Shown here in pieces: positions 35,657-45,637 of a stretch of DNA of 64,000 bases. Both the position numbers and the translations under genes were made by a program. The DNA is taken from contig DATBQM010000018.1 of the NCBI GenBank assembly GCA_036560805.1, forward strand, positions 3,494 through 67,493. Reading direction: 5' to 3'. Below the pieces are notes generated by a model that saw nothing but the letters and a program-made list of their open reading frames with translations, searched no databases and was not told where the DNA came from. The DNA comes from Gaiellaceae bacterium. Lineage in GTDB: Bacteria; Actinomycetota; Thermoleophilia; Gaiellales; Gaiellaceae. Numbering within the stretch: position 1 is the first letter of the stretch; every line of letters begins with the position of its first letter.

Positions 35657-35800
35657 GAGTCCAGCTTCCCCCCTCCGCCCGCTCCCGTCGATCCGGCAAA
35701 CCCCTGGTCGAGCCCCGAACAAGCCCTTGCTACGGACGCTGAGATGCGCAGGATTTCGGAAGTTTTCGAGAAGCGCTGACTCCTACGATGGTGAAGCGCG

Positions 35801-36769
35801 ATGCTCACGTACATCGTTCGCAGAATCCTGTACAGCATCCCGGTGCTGTTCCTGTCGACGTTCCTGAGCTTCATCTTCGTCTCGTACGCAGGAAACCCGC
35901 TCGGCGCGCTCGAAGCGAACCCGCGCGTCTCGCAGCACACGCTCCTGCTCGTCAAGATCCACAACCACCTCGACAAGCCCGTCGTCCTGCGCTACTTCTA
36001 CTGGCTGCAGGACGTCGTCACGCACAAGCTCGGCAACTCGCTGCTGACGTTCCAGCCGATCTGGCCCGACGTCACGCGCACGCTCGGCCACACGGCGCAG
36101 GTGGTCATCATCGCCGAGTCACTGGCGATCATCCTCGGCGTCGCAGTCGGCATCTTCTCGGCGATCAAGCAGTACTCCGTCTTCGACTACACGTTCACGT
36201 CGCTGAGCTTTCTCGGCTTCGCGATGCCCGTCTTCTGGCTCGGCCTTCTGCTGCAGATCCTGTTCGTCGACATCTACCTCAAGTGGCACGTCCGGATCTT
36301 CTACACGTCCGGCCTCAACCAACCCGGAAGCAACTCCACCTGGTCGATCGACCGGCTACAGCACATCGCATTGCCGGTCGTCACTGTCTCCGCCGTCAGC
36401 TTCGCGCTGTACAGCCGGTACATGCGAGCTTCGATGCTCGATGTCATCAACAGCGACTACGTCCGTACGGCGCGTGCGAAAGGCGTCTCCGAGTTCCGCG
36501 TCATCACACGTCATGTCGTCCGTAACGCCCTCATCCCGGTCGTCACCGTCGCGGCCCTCAATCTCGGCGGCGTCCTAGGAGGCGTAATCGTCACCGAGAC
36601 GATCTTCAGCCTCGACGGCATCGGCTATTACTTCGTCCAGAGCCTGCAGAACTCGGACTACTACGCGGTGATGGCGTACCTGCTCGTGACGTCGATCGTC
36701 ATCATCGTGTTCAACCTGATCGCAGACGTGCTGTACGGCTACCTCGATCCGAGGATCCAGCTCGAGTAA
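35801..36769 (+). CDS. ABC transporter permease, oligopeptide/dipeptide (OppB/DppB) type
   Basis: MLTYIVRRILYSIPVLFLSTFLSFIFV..., and the EAA-type loop DYVRTARAKGVSEFRVITRHVVRNAL. Confidence 0.85.
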   Translation: MLTYIVRRILYSIPVLFLSTFLSFIFVSYAGNPLGALEANPRVSQHTLLLVKIHNHLDKPVVLRYFYWLQDVVTHKLGNSLLTFQPIWPDVTRTLGHTAQVVIIAESLAIILGVAVGIFSAIKQYSVFDYTFTSLSFLGFAMPVFWLGLLLQILFVDIYLKWHVRIFYTSGLNQPGSNSTWSIDRLQHIALPVVTVSAVSFALYSRYMRASMLDVINSDYVRTARAKGVSEFRVITRHVVRNALIPVVTVAALNLGGVLGGVIVTETIFSLDGIGYYFVQSLQNSDYYAVMAYLLVTSIVIIVFNLIADVLYGYLDPRIQLE

Positions 36770-37599
36770 CGGACGGTGAGAGGAATCGCCGTCGGCCTCA
36801 TTCCGAATGCTCTGTAGAAGTTGTCGCTGAAGTGGCTGAGGCTCGCGAAGCCGAGCTCCTGCGCGAGAGAGGCGAGGTCGCCGCGGCGCTGATCGATCAG
36901 ATCGAGTGCGCACCGTAGGCGCAGCTCGTTTCGATAGGCATGCAGCGTGTAACCGGTGTTTGCTCGAAAGACCCGCGCGAGGTGGAAGGGCGACACGTAC
37001 AGCTCGCGCGCGAGAGCTTCGACCGATAACCGATCGGCCATACGCACCGTGATGACACGCTTTGCTTCTTCGACCAGCTCATGGTGAGCTCGTCGCGTCG
37101 CGTCTGTCCGGCCGGCCGACGAGGCTCGAATCGCTCCCATTCCGCTCAAGGACTCGTCGAGCAACTGGTAGAGGAACTCTTCGGCCAGAAGGGCATCGTC
37201 CCGCCCTTCGGCCGCCTTCGCCGCGGCATATTGAAGAAGGTAGGCGCGGCGCTCGAGCGGACCGTCGACGATCTCATCCCGGCCTGAGCGCTCCAATGCA
37301 TCCGAGAGCGCGTCGTCTTCGATCGCGAGATAGCTGCACGACCAAGCTTGTCGGTCGACAGGGTGATGGCAGTACTCGCGGTGCGGCGAGTAGACGACGA
37401 CGTGGTTCCGATTCGCGAGAACCGTCGAGCGGCCGGAGCGGCGGATGAAGGCGCCGCCCCTGGGGAAGGCGATGTTCGTCCGCGGGCCGAGCATTTCTTC
37501 TTGCCCCCAGCCGATGCTGTTGGGCGGACAGATGAGCTCTGCGAACTTGATCCGCTCACCGTCGAACAGACTGCGAACGTGACAAGCCGGACGCTCCAA
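36739..37599 (-). CDS. AraC family transcriptional regulator
   Basis: C-terminal double HTH LSVEALARELYVSPFHLARVFR...SLAQELGFASLSHFSDNFYRAFGMRP, with an N-terminal cupin-like region. Confidence 0.8.
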   Translation of the reverse strand: MERPACHVRSLFDGERIKFAELICPPNSIGWGQEEMLGPRTNIAFPRGGAFIRRSGRSTVLANRNHVVVYSPHREYCHHPVDRQAWSCSYLAIEDDALSDALERSGRDEIVDGPLERRAYLLQYAAAKAAEGRDDALLAEEFLYQLLDESLSGMGAIRASSAGRTDATRRAHHELVEEAKRVITVRMADRLSVEALARELYVSPFHLARVFRANTGYTLHAYRNELRLRCALDLIDQRRGDLASLAQELGFASLSHFSDNFYRAFGMRPTAIPLTVRYSSWILGSR

Positions 37600-37714
37600 T
37601 CTGCCTGTTCAGACGCGTTCTGGTTGGAAAAGTTGACTCTGCCAACGCGTCGGCGTATCCGGCACGAACCGGCGTGCGTTCACTGAGGATGCAACGGTCG
37701 ACGGGGGCGCCTCG

Positions 37715-39088
37715 GTGGCGAGCGCGCTAGATCAACGTAAGCGGAGACGTCGTCGTCCCCGCACGCGCGTAGACACGACCCAGGCCGCGAGCCCGCGTCT
37801 CTTGCGGCCGTATTTTCGGGCGCTTGGGCCCGGGCTTGTGACCGGAGCCTCCGACGACGACCCCTCGGGGATCGCGACCTATTCGCAGGTCGGCGCGAGT
37901 TTCGGCTTCGGCCTGCTCTGGACGACGCTCCTGACCTTTCCGCTGATGGCGGCCGTGCAGGAGATTTGCGACCGCACGGCGCTCGCCACCGGGAAGGGGC
38001 TCGGCGAGCTTGCGACCGTGCGGCTCGGCACTCGAGCGCGAAACGTCGTGATTGCACTGGTCGGTCTGTTGATCGTGGCGAACGCTCTGAACATCGCCGC
38101 CGACCTGGTCGCGATCGGTTCCGGGATGAATCTCCTCCACGCCGGACCCACCGTCGTCTGGGCGATCATCGCGGGCGCAGGAATCACCACCCTGATCATC
38201 AGCGGCTCGTTCGAGCTGGTCGCTCGTATCTTCAAGCTCCTCTGCATCGCACTACTCAGCTACGTCGCGATGCTGTTCGTCGTCCACGTCAACTGGGCCG
38301 CTGTCGTGCGTGGAGTCTTCGTGCCGCACTTCTCACTGAGCAGCAGCTACCTCGGCCTTCTCGTCGCCGTGCTCGGAACGACGATCTCCCCGTACCTGTT
38401 CTTCTGGCAAAGCCTGCACCGGCTCGAGGAGATGCGCGAGGAGCCCGCCGGCGGTGACAAGCCGAAACCACTGTCCGGCCGGAGCAGCCGAGCGGGGCGG
38501 ATGAAAAGACGTACGAGCCGCCTCGATGTCTTCACCGGCATGGCCTTCTCGAACATCGTCATGTTCGCGATCATCGTCACCACCGCAGCAACGCTCGGAA
38601 GCCACGGAAGACACAAGATCCAAAGCGCGGCCGAGGCAGCAAGCGCGCTCCGCCCGGTCGCCGGACAAGGCGCCTCTGTGCTCTTCGCGCTCGGATTCAT
38701 CGGTGCGGGAATGCTCGCGATCCCTGTCCTCGCCGGAGCCGGCTCCGCCGGCATGGCAGGGCTGCTCGGGAAATCTGCCGGCTTCTCGCGCTCGCCGCGG
38801 CGCGCGCCCGTCTTCTACGGCCTCGTCCTGATGGGGACGCTCGGTGGCACCGCGCTCAGCCTGCTCGGCGTCAACCCGATCCGGCTGCTCGTCCTCGTCG
38901 CCGTCATCAACGGTGTCGCCGCGGCACCATTTCTGGTGCTCGTGATGCTGATCTCCGGCGACCGAAAGATCATGGGGAAGTACGTCAACGGGAAGCTCGC
39001 GCGCACCCTCGGCTGGGCGACCACGATCCTCATGGCGATGGCAGCGGTAGCGCTGTTCGCATTCGCTCACGGCGGCGGTCTCTATTAG
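37715..39088 (+). CDS. NRAMP family divalent metal cation transporter
   Basis: GPGLVTGASDDDPSGIATYSQVGASFGFGLLW carries the NRAMP DPGN-type signature variant. About 11 TM helices. The start is uncertain (GTG 37715). Confidence 0.85.
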   Translation: MASALDQRKRRRRRPRTRVDTTQAASPRLLRPYFRALGPGLVTGASDDDPSGIATYSQVGASFGFGLLWTTLLTFPLMAAVQEICDRTALATGKGLGELATVRLGTRARNVVIALVGLLIVANALNIAADLVAIGSGMNLLHAGPTVVWAIIAGAGITTLIISGSFELVARIFKLLCIALLSYVAMLFVVHVNWAAVVRGVFVPHFSLSSSYLGLLVAVLGTTISPYLFFWQSLHRLEEMREEPAGGDKPKPLSGRSSRAGRMKRRTSRLDVFTGMAFSNIVMFAIIVTTAATLGSHGRHKIQSAAEAASALRPVAGQGASVLFALGFIGAGMLAIPVLAGAGSAGMAGLLGKSAGFSRSPRRAPVFYGLVLMGTLGGTALSLLGVNPIRLLVLVAVINGVAAAPFLVLVMLISGDRKIMGKYVNGKLARTLGWATTILMAMAAVALFAFAHGGGLY

Positions 39089-39113
39089 CCGCCGGTTGTC
39101 ACCGGAGCGCGTC

Positions 39114-39653
39114 TCAGTGGTTGTGCAGCGGGAACTTGCACGCGGCCGCCGCGTGCACGAATGCCGGCGACTGCGTGTCGAGCGCGGTCGGGAACACGAA
39201 GATCACTCCGTCGATGTCGGACACCACGCGAACGCCGGCGAGGCTCGACGGGACCGATGTCCCCGGGTCCGGAAAATCGGGGACGCCGTGCCGGCGCATG
39301 CACTCCGCGGCCTTCACCATCTGCGTCAGCCACTGTGTCGTGGGGTGCGTGTGCAAGCCTGGGGCGAGTCCGCCGCCGCTGGGCAGGAATTTCGCGCACT
39401 TCGCGTGCGCCGTCGTGAATCCGGGCGACGAGGGATCGACTCCACTACCCGTGCGGAAGAGGAAACCGCCGGAGCTCGGGTCCGGGAAGTTGGGCTCGCC
39501 GTTGGTGCGCATGCACGCGGCGAACTTCAGCAAGCTCTGCTGCAACTGCGCTTGGCTCGGCGCCGCCCCGAGGCTCGGGACCGGCGTCGGCTTCGATCCG
39601 CCGCAGGCAGCCAGCCCGATGACGGCGCCCGCCGCGAGTAACGCGAGCGTCAT
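39114..39653 (-). CDS. Lipoprotein with two CMRxxG-x3-FPDP...C modules (paralog 1 of 5)
   Basis: Lipobox VIGLAAC|GG. Module 1 is FAACMRTNGEPNFPDP...AHAKCAKFLP. Module 2 is AAECMRRHGVPDFPDP...AAAACKF. Confidence 0.8.
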   Translation of the reverse strand: MTLALLAAGAVIGLAACGGSKPTPVPSLGAAPSQAQLQQSLLKFAACMRTNGEPNFPDPSSGGFLFRTGSGVDPSSPGFTTAHAKCAKFLPSGGGLAPGLHTHPTTQWLTQMVKAAECMRRHGVPDFPDPGTSVPSSLAGVRVVSDIDGVIFVFPTALDTQSPAFVHAAAACKFPLHNH

Positions 39654-39663
39654 GAGTGGCGGG

Positions 39664-40242
39664 TCAGTGGCCGGCGTTGTTGATCGCCTCTCTCACTTTC
39701 GCCGCCGTGAGCCAGCCGTGCGACGCAGGCAGGCACGCCTGCACGACATGCAGAACTGCGGGCGAGTGAACGTCGACGCCCTGCGCCTGCACCATCTCGA
39801 CCGACAATCGCCCTTGCGCGTTCGGATCGGGGAAGTTGGACAACCCGTGAGTGCGCATGCAGCGCGCGAACGACAGTTCGGCCGCGAGCTGCGCCTTCGA
39901 CGGGGGCGTGTCCGCGTTCGGTCCGCTTGGGAGCAGATGACCGCAGGCGTTCATGGCCGTCTGGACCTTCGGATTCGACCCGTAGTTGTGGACCGTCAGC
40001 TTGACGTTGCCCCCGGCGAGATGCTGCGGGTCGGGGAAGCTCGGCACGCCGTTGGACCGCATGCACTGCGAGAAGGCGAGCAGCTGGTTCTGCGACGCCG
40101 CTTCGTTGGTGCTCGTGGAGGTCGTCGTCGTCGATGCGACGCTCGCAACCCCTGACGGGCTGCTGCCGCCGCCGCAGCCGGCTGCGAACAGCGAGAACGC
40201 GGCTATCGCGCCGACGGAGACGATGAGTGGGCGAGAACGCAT
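39664..40242 (-). CDS. Lipoprotein with two CMRxxG-x3-FPDP...C modules (paralog 2 of 5)
   Basis: ATG at 40242. Lipobox SLFAAGC|GG. FSQCMRSNGVPSFPDP...MNACGHLLP and FARCMRTHGLSNFPDP...VVQACLP. The 655-aa ORF in the track is an off-target N-terminal extension. Confidence 0.8.
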   Translation of the reverse strand: MRSRPLIVSVGAIAAFSLFAAGCGGGSSPSGVASVASTTTTSTSTNEAASQNQLLAFSQCMRSNGVPSFPDPQHLAGGNVKLTVHNYGSNPKVQTAMNACGHLLPSGPNADTPPSKAQLAAELSFARCMRTHGLSNFPDPNAQGRLSVEMVQAQGVDVHSPAVLHVVQACLPASHGWLTAAKVREAINNAGH

Positions 40243-40256
40243 GTCGGTCCTTTCGG

Positions 40257-41450
40257 TCACACGGTTCGGAGGGCTTCGGTTGGAGAGAGTCGCGCGGCGC
40301 GGATGGCCGGCAGGAGCCCGGCGACTGCACCGATGAAGACGGCGGCGACGAGGCCGCCGGCCCACGCGGTCGTCGGGACGACGGTGGTCCAGTGCTTGAG
40401 GTGGGCGTAGACGGCGGTGGAGACCGCGCCTGCGGTGACGCCGACCCCGCCGCCGATGAGGGCGAGCAGGATCGCTTCGGAAAGGAACTGCGTGCGGATG
40501 TTTCTCTTCGTTGCACCGAGCGCCCGGCGAAGCCCGATCTCGCTGCGTCGCTCGAGGACGCCGATGAGCATGATGTTCGCGACGCCGACGGCGCCGACCA
40601 GCAGTGAGACGGCCCCGAGGCCGAGGAAGAGACTGTTGAGCGCGCCCTGCGTCTGGGCGCGGACCGTGAGCGCGAGCGAAGGTTGGCTGACGTTGACCTC
40701 GTTCGGCGCCTCCGGGTTCGCGGTCGCGCCGAGCACCGACTGCACGGCCGCCGTCTGGCTCGTCACCGAGCGGACATAGATGGTCGTCGGGTGCCCGTCG
40801 AAACCGAGGTAGCGCTTCGCAGCCGCGAAGCCGACGAGGACGCTCGAGTCGATCTCGGGGGCGAGCGCGGCGGAGTTGAGGATCCCGCCGAGGTAGAACC
40901 ACATGCCGCCGAGCCAGATGCGCTCGCCCGGGTAGATTCGGTCGACACCCAGCCGTTGCGCTGCGGCGTAGCCGAGCACCGCGACCGGCTGTCGCGCGGT
41001 GGCGGCGTTGAGGAAGCTGCCGGCGGCCACTGTTGCGCCGACCGTCTGCGGCAAGCCGAGGCTCGCGGCCTGGACGGACAAAGCGTTCGTGTTGACGGCG
41101 GGGATGAGCGGGCTCCTGTAGACGTTCGCGCTCGTCGACCCCGTGTACTGCACCTGGTCGACGGGGCCGATGCGCGCGATCATCCCCGGCGCAGCCAGCG
41201 GAAGCTCGGCGGTCTGCCCGAACAACGTCTGTCCGTTCTGAACCGTCAGCAGGTTGGTGCCGAGCTTGTCGATCTCCGCGAGCAGGCCCGCCTGCGACGA
41301 CGAGGAAAGACCGAGCACTGCGACGATCGCCGCGACGCCGATCGCGATTCCCAATGCGGAGAGCGCCGCGCGCATGCGACGCGTGCGCAGGCCGACGCTC
41401 GCCACGCGGGCGAGGTCGGACGGCCGAAGCCGCGGCGACTCGATGATCAA
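40257..41450 (-). CDS. ABC transporter permease, MacB/FtsX type
   Basis: N-terminal TM helix, a ~230-aa extracytoplasmic domain, and a C-terminal FtsX 3-helix bundle (ERRSEIGLRRALGATKRNI). Confidence 0.9.
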   Translation of the reverse strand: MIIESPRLRPSDLARVASVGLRTRRMRAALSALGIAIGVAAIVAVLGLSSSSQAGLLAEIDKLGTNLLTVQNGQTLFGQTAELPLAAPGMIARIGPVDQVQYTGSTSANVYRSPLIPAVNTNALSVQAASLGLPQTVGATVAAGSFLNAATARQPVAVLGYAAAQRLGVDRIYPGERIWLGGMWFYLGGILNSAALAPEIDSSVLVGFAAAKRYLGFDGHPTTIYVRSVTSQTAAVQSVLGATANPEAPNEVNVSQPSLALTVRAQTQGALNSLFLGLGAVSLLVGAVGVANIMLIGVLERRSEIGLRRALGATKRNIRTQFLSEAILLALIGGGVGVTAGAVSTAVYAHLKHWTTVVPTTAWAGGLVAAVFIGAVAGLLPAIRAARLSPTEALRTV

Positions 41451-42871
41451 CGCGGTGTGACGACGAGCGCGAACGCCGTGCTCCTCGATGTGCCGCGGAC
41501 GGCTGCCGTGACGGCGAAGCCTCCCGCGGTGCCGCCGGCGGTGAACGAAGGGGCGACCGCGATGCCGTTTGCGTTCGTCGCCACACGGGCGACGCGACTC
41601 GGATGCTTGTGCGGACGCTTGAACGAGCCACTCGCTCCCTCCGCGGGAGCCCTGAAGACCACGACGGCGCCCTTGACGGGATTGCCGTGCTTATCGGAGA
41701 CGGTGACCGCGAGCGCGACGTCGAAGCGAGTGCCGACGACCGTCGACGTGCCTGACGCCGCGCCGGCGCCGATCGTGTACGGCGACGCCGCGAGGTTCGT
41801 CAGCGTGAACGCGAGGGACGCCGCCCCGGCTGTGGAGGCGGTGGCCTCGAATTCGCCTGCCGTCTTGTCTGCGATGAGCCCCGGCGAGATCGCGCGTCCC
41901 TCCGTGTCGGTGAGCGCGGTCGCCTGCGCGTCCCCGCCGATGAAGCTCGCGCCGGCGCCGTTGTCGGCGGCCGCGATCGCGAACGTGACCGTCGCCCCCT
42001 CGACCGGCTGTCCCGTTGCGTCGACGACCCGAGCCGCCAGCCGGTCGCGGTAGCTCGCGTCCACGGTGGCTGTCGGATCCTTGGGTGTCACACGGGCGAG
42101 CGTCATCGCGGCGGCGTGGTTGTCGAGTGCGAACAGCGCCACGCTCGAGAGCCCGTCGGTCGATGCGGTGGCGGCGAACTTGCCCGGCACGCCGTTGGCC
42201 AGAAGCGGCGGCGCGGTCGCGACACCGTCGGCGTTCGTGACGGCGCTCGCCGGTCCGGCGCCAAGGAACATCGCGCCCGCGCCGGTCGCACCGGGGACGA
42301 GGGCGAAGCTCACCGTGGCGCCCTGGACGGGTGCGCCGTTCGCATCTGTGATCCGCACCTGCAGCGGCTGCGCATACTGGGAGTTCACCGCAGCCTCCTG
42401 TGTGCTCGACCCCTCCGGCGCGATCGCAGCGGGTAGGCCGTTGGCGGTGTTGCTCAGTTCGATGCCGACGGTGCCGTAATCGGAATGCGCGTCGACCGCG
42501 TAGTCGCCGACAGTGAAGTTCGCGGTGAAGGGCGGCGCGGTCGCCAGTCCCTCGGAGTCGGTGCCGACGTAGGCCTCGCGCGATCCGCTGCTGGCAAAGA
42601 TGCCGCTCGCCCCGCTGCCGGGAGCGTCGAAGTTGACCGTGACGCCGGCGAGGTTCCCCGTGAGCGGGCAACCGTTCGTGTTGGCGAGCCTCACCTGCAG
42701 GCTCTGCCCGAACTCCTTGCCGAGCTGGGCCTGCTGGCCGCTGCCGCCCGTGAGCACGAGCTCGTTCGGAGCGTTCGACGTCGGGCATGCGCTTGTGGCC
42801 CCGCGCGCGCTGCCTCCAGCGGCGGCGAATACGACCGTGACGACTGCGCCGAGAGCGAGCACGCGCTTCAT
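41447..42871 (-). CDS. Secreted protein with four Big_1-like (invasin/intimin-type Ig) repeats
   Basis: ATG at 42871 with a GGAGGAG RBS. Signal peptide [20 protein letters not shown]. Four ~100-aa repeats follow the pattern [22 protein letters not shown]...[11 protein letters not shown]...G.F.ATAS. Its ends overlap both neighbours by 4 nt. Confidence 0.75.
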   Translation of the reverse strand: MKRVLALGAVVTVVFAAAGGSARGATSACPTSNAPNELVLTGGSGQQAQLGKEFGQSLQVRLANTNGCPLTGNLAGVTVNFDAPGSGASGIFASSGSREAYVGTDSEGLATAPPFTANFTVGDYAVDAHSDYGTVGIELSNTANGLPAAIAPEGSSTQEAAVNSQYAQPLQVRITDANGAPVQGATVSFALVPGATGAGAMFLGAGPASAVTNADGVATAPPLLANGVPGKFAATASTDGLSSVALFALDNHAAAMTLARVTPKDPTATVDASYRDRLAARVVDATGQPVEGATVTFAIAAADNGAGASFIGGDAQATALTDTEGRAISPGLIADKTAGEFEATASTAGAASLAFTLTNLAASPYTIGAGAASGTSTVVGTRFDVALAVTVSDKHGNPVKGAVVVFRAPAEGASGSFKRPHKHPSRVARVATNANGIAVAPSFTAGGTAGGFAVTAAVRGTSRSTAFALVVTPR

Positions 42872-43557
42872 GTCGACTCCTCCTTGCCACTGTCCGATAC
42901 GACGCGCCCGTCGAGCAGCGCGATCCGGCGGGGGAAGCGCGCTGCGATTTCGTGGTCGTGGGTGATCACGACGATCGTCGCTCCCTCGGCGTTGAGCTCG
43001 TCGATCAGCGCCATGATCCCCTGGCTCGTCGCGCTGTCGAGATTGCCGGTCGGCTCGTCGGCGAGCACGATCGCCGGCCGCCCGACGAGTGCGCGCGCGA
43101 TCGCCACGCGCTGACGCTCTCCGCCGGAGAGCTGCGTCGGCCGGGAGTGCAGACGATCGCCCAGGCCGACGCGCGTGAGCGCTTCTGCTGCGCGCTCGCG
43201 CCGCTCTTCCACGGGCACGCCCGCGTACAGGAGCCCGTCGGCGACGTTCTCGAGCGCGCTCGAGTGCTCGGCGAGGAAGAACTGCTGGAACACGAACCCG
43301 ATGCGTGTCGCGCGCACCGCGGCCAGTTCGCGATCGGACAGCTCCGCGACGTCGAGCCCGGTGATCGCGACACGGCCGGACGTCGGCCGCTCGAGCGTCC
43401 CCATGAGATGGAGCAGCGTCGACTTGCCCGAGCCCGACGGCCCGACGATCGCCACCAGCTCGCCTGCGCGCACGCGGAAGCTCACGCCCTGCAGAGCGGC
43501 GAAGGGAGGATCGGATCCATACGTCTTGGTCGCGGAGTCGAGCTCGAGCGTCGTCAT
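42868..43557 (-). CDS. ABC transporter ATP-binding protein (MacB-type)
   Basis: ATG at 43557. [30 protein letters not shown], and [12 protein letters not shown]. Confidence 0.9.
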   Translation of the reverse strand: MTTLELDSATKTYGSDPPFAALQGVSFRVRAGELVAIVGPSGSGKSTLLHLMGTLERPTSGRVAITGLDVAELSDRELAAVRATRIGFVFQQFFLAEHSSALENVADGLLYAGVPVEERRERAAEALTRVGLGDRLHSRPTQLSGGERQRVAIARALVGRPAIVLADEPTGNLDSATSQGIMALIDELNAEGATIVVITHDHEIAARFPRRIALLDGRVVSDSGKEEST

Positions 43558-44951
43558 TCGGCCGGCACCACCACGCGCTGCCCGGCTGCAAGCCCCGACC
43601 CGCTCACCTCGACCGTCCCCGCGGCGTCGTCGAACAGCCCGACGCTGACGCCGACGAGCTGATGCACACCCGTTGACGCGACTTCCTCCACCGCATACCC
43701 ACCGCCTGCAAGGGCCACGAGAGCGTTTACCGGGATGGCGAGCACGTTGCGAACCGTTGCCGTCGTGATCGAGACGTCGACCGGCGCCTGGTCGAGCCGT
43801 CCCGTCGCTGCCGCATGGTCGGGGGCGACGTCCACCTCGATCGTCGGCGAGCTCGAGCCCCCGCCGTTCTGGTCGTTCGCTGCAGTCGCCACGGTGCCGA
43901 CCAGAGAGACATGTCCCGGCGTCGTCGAGTTGTCCGGGAGCGTGATGAGCACCGGGTCGCCGACCTTGATGCTCGTCTGCTGCGACGCGTCGAGGGCGAT
44001 CGTCACCACGCGACGAGTCGAGCTGATGCCCAGCACGGGCCCTGCCTGCACCGGCGAGCCTTGGGTCGGAGTGACGCTCGTCACGCGTACCGGTCCCGGC
44101 TCGAACACGAGCGAGCCGAGCGGTAGCTGCCCGGTCGCCGACACGTGATGTTGCGACTGGAATCGCTCGATCGCAATCGTCGTCGACGCCGTGAACGCGT
44201 CGCCGCTCGGCGCCCCGTAGCCGCGCAGGTCTCGATTCAGCTCGGCGACGTCCGGACCGGCCGGCATCCCCGGGATGAACGCGCGCGAAGCCGGCACGCC
44301 GCCGTACAAGAGGAACGCGGGCGCAGCGTTGATCGCGTACAGCGGCTGACCGGCGTGGACGATCTGCCCGACCTTCGGCAGCATCGTGTACACCGCGTCC
44401 TGCCCGTACGTCGCCGCCGATTCCTCGCCTTGCACGAGCGTCGCCTCCGCCGCCGCGACGGCGCGCTCGTCCGCCTGCACCTTCCCGGTCGCGGCCGTGA
44501 CGCTCTGGTGGTCCGCCGTCAACGCCTGGGAGTCGCCTGCGCACGGGCCTGTGCCGCTCTCGGCGGCGTTGCCGCCGCGACAGTCGATCGCGACCTTGCG
44601 CCGGTCGGCGTCCAGGGACGCCTGAGCCTGCGCGAGCGCACGCTCGTCGTCGGACGCGGTCTGCTCGGCCGATGCCGTCGACTGCTGCGCTTGCTCGAGG
44701 GTGGCCGGCGCCGTCCCGCTCGGCACCGACACGGTCGAGGCGCCGGCGTAGCCGAGCGTGGCGCTCACCTGCGTCTGCTGGGATAGATCCATCCGCTTCA
44801 CCGTCGTGATTGCCGTCGCAGCGCCGTTGTCGGAGACCCCGCTCGCGGCCGGCGAGCTCGACGCGAAGGGATCGGCGACCGCCACCGCAACTCCGGCGAC
44901 GAGCAGCACCGCGGCGCCTCCGGCCACGAGTCGCTTGCGCGCGCGCGTCAC
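43554..44951 (-). CDS. MacA/HlyD-like periplasmic adaptor with an inserted peptidoglycan-binding (PG_binding_1-like) domain
   Basis: N-terminal TM helix and a coiled coil ([15 protein letters not shown]...). [15 protein letters not shown]...[23 protein letters not shown] is the PG-binding segment. The C-terminus has beta-barrel/MP-domain-like segments. Confidence 0.8.
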   Translation of the reverse strand: MTRARKRLVAGGAAVLLVAGVAVAVADPFASSSPAASGVSDNGAATAITTVKRMDLSQQTQVSATLGYAGASTVSVPSGTAPATLEQAQQSTASAEQTASDDERALAQAQASLDADRRKVAIDCRGGNAAESGTGPCAGDSQALTADHQSVTAATGKVQADERAVAAAEATLVQGEESAATYGQDAVYTMLPKVGQIVHAGQPLYAINAAPAFLLYGGVPASRAFIPGMPAGPDVAELNRDLRGYGAPSGDAFTASTTIAIERFQSQHHVSATGQLPLGSLVFEPGPVRVTSVTPTQGSPVQAGPVLGISSTRRVVTIALDASQQTSIKVGDPVLITLPDNSTTPGHVSLVGTVATAANDQNGGGSSSPTIEVDVAPDHAAATGRLDQAPVDVSITTATVRNVLAIPVNALVALAGGGYAVEEVASTGVHQLVGVSVGLFDDAAGTVEVSGSGLAAGQRVVVPAE

Positions 44952-44955
44952 GGAC

Positions 44956-45558
44956 TCACGGACCCTTGAACGGCATGTACTTCCGGCAGGCCTGCTGCGC
45001 TCTCTGGAAGGTCGGGTTGTCCGGGGCGAGATCGCTGCCCGGATGGACTGCGATCTGCAGGCCGCCGTTGGACGGATCGGGGAAGTCCTTCAGCCCGTGC
45101 GCGCGCATGCACGCCGAGAAGGCGAGCAGCTGCTGCTGGCGCTGCGCGATCTGCGCCGGGGTCGGCCGGCCGCCGTTCGGGAGCAGCTTCGAGCAGGTCG
45201 CCTGGGCGGACCGAAATCCCGGCGAGCCCGGGTCGATTCCCATGCCCGAGTGAATCGTGATCAAGCCCTGGCTGTTCGGATCGGGGTAGCTCGGGAGCCC
45301 GTGCTTGCGCATGCAGGCGGAGAACTTCTCGCCGTCCGCAGCGTCGACCCTCATCGAGAGTTGGAACTGGCCACCGCCGCCGCCGGGAGGGCCGAACGGC
45401 TTGCCTCCCGATCCCGAGTTGCTCTGCGTCGTCGTCGAGGCGACAGTCGGTGAGGAGTCGGCGAGGTTCGCGACCCCTGGTGAGTGCCCACCGCCGCCGC
45501 ATCCGGCCGCGAGCAGCGCGAGAGCGCCGGTCGCGCCGATGGCTGCGAAGGAGCGCAT
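44956..45558 (-). CDS. Lipoprotein with two CMRxxG-x3-(F/Y)PDP...C modules (paralog 3 of 5)
   Basis: Lipobox ALLAAGC|GG. FSACMRKHGLPSYPDP...AQATCSKLLP and FSACMRAHGLKDFPDP...AQQACRKYMP. Confidence 0.85.
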   Translation of the reverse strand: MRSFAAIGATGALALLAAGCGGGGHSPGVANLADSSPTVASTTTQSNSGSGGKPFGPPGGGGGQFQLSMRVDAADGEKFSACMRKHGLPSYPDPNSQGLITIHSGMGIDPGSPGFRSAQATCSKLLPNGGRPTPAQIAQRQQQLLAFSACMRAHGLKDFPDPSNGGLQIAVHPGSDLAPDNPTFQRAQQACRKYMPFKGP

Positions 45559-45637
45559 GCCGAAGAAATAGCTCCGCTTCGGTTACGGCGGGGGAACAGA
45601 ACCTGTTACTTGCGCGTAACCCGCCCTCCGGCATCCT

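Noticed and set aside
37600-37714. Possible Mn(2+) (yybP-ykoY) riboswitch or metalloregulator box upstream of the NRAMP gene. An imperfect inverted repeat, ACGCGTTCTGGTTGG...CCAACGCGT, is present.
   Set aside because: I could not recognise the conserved riboswitch core. The inverted repeat is short and imperfect, and the NRAMP start codon itself is uncertain. This is too weak to call.
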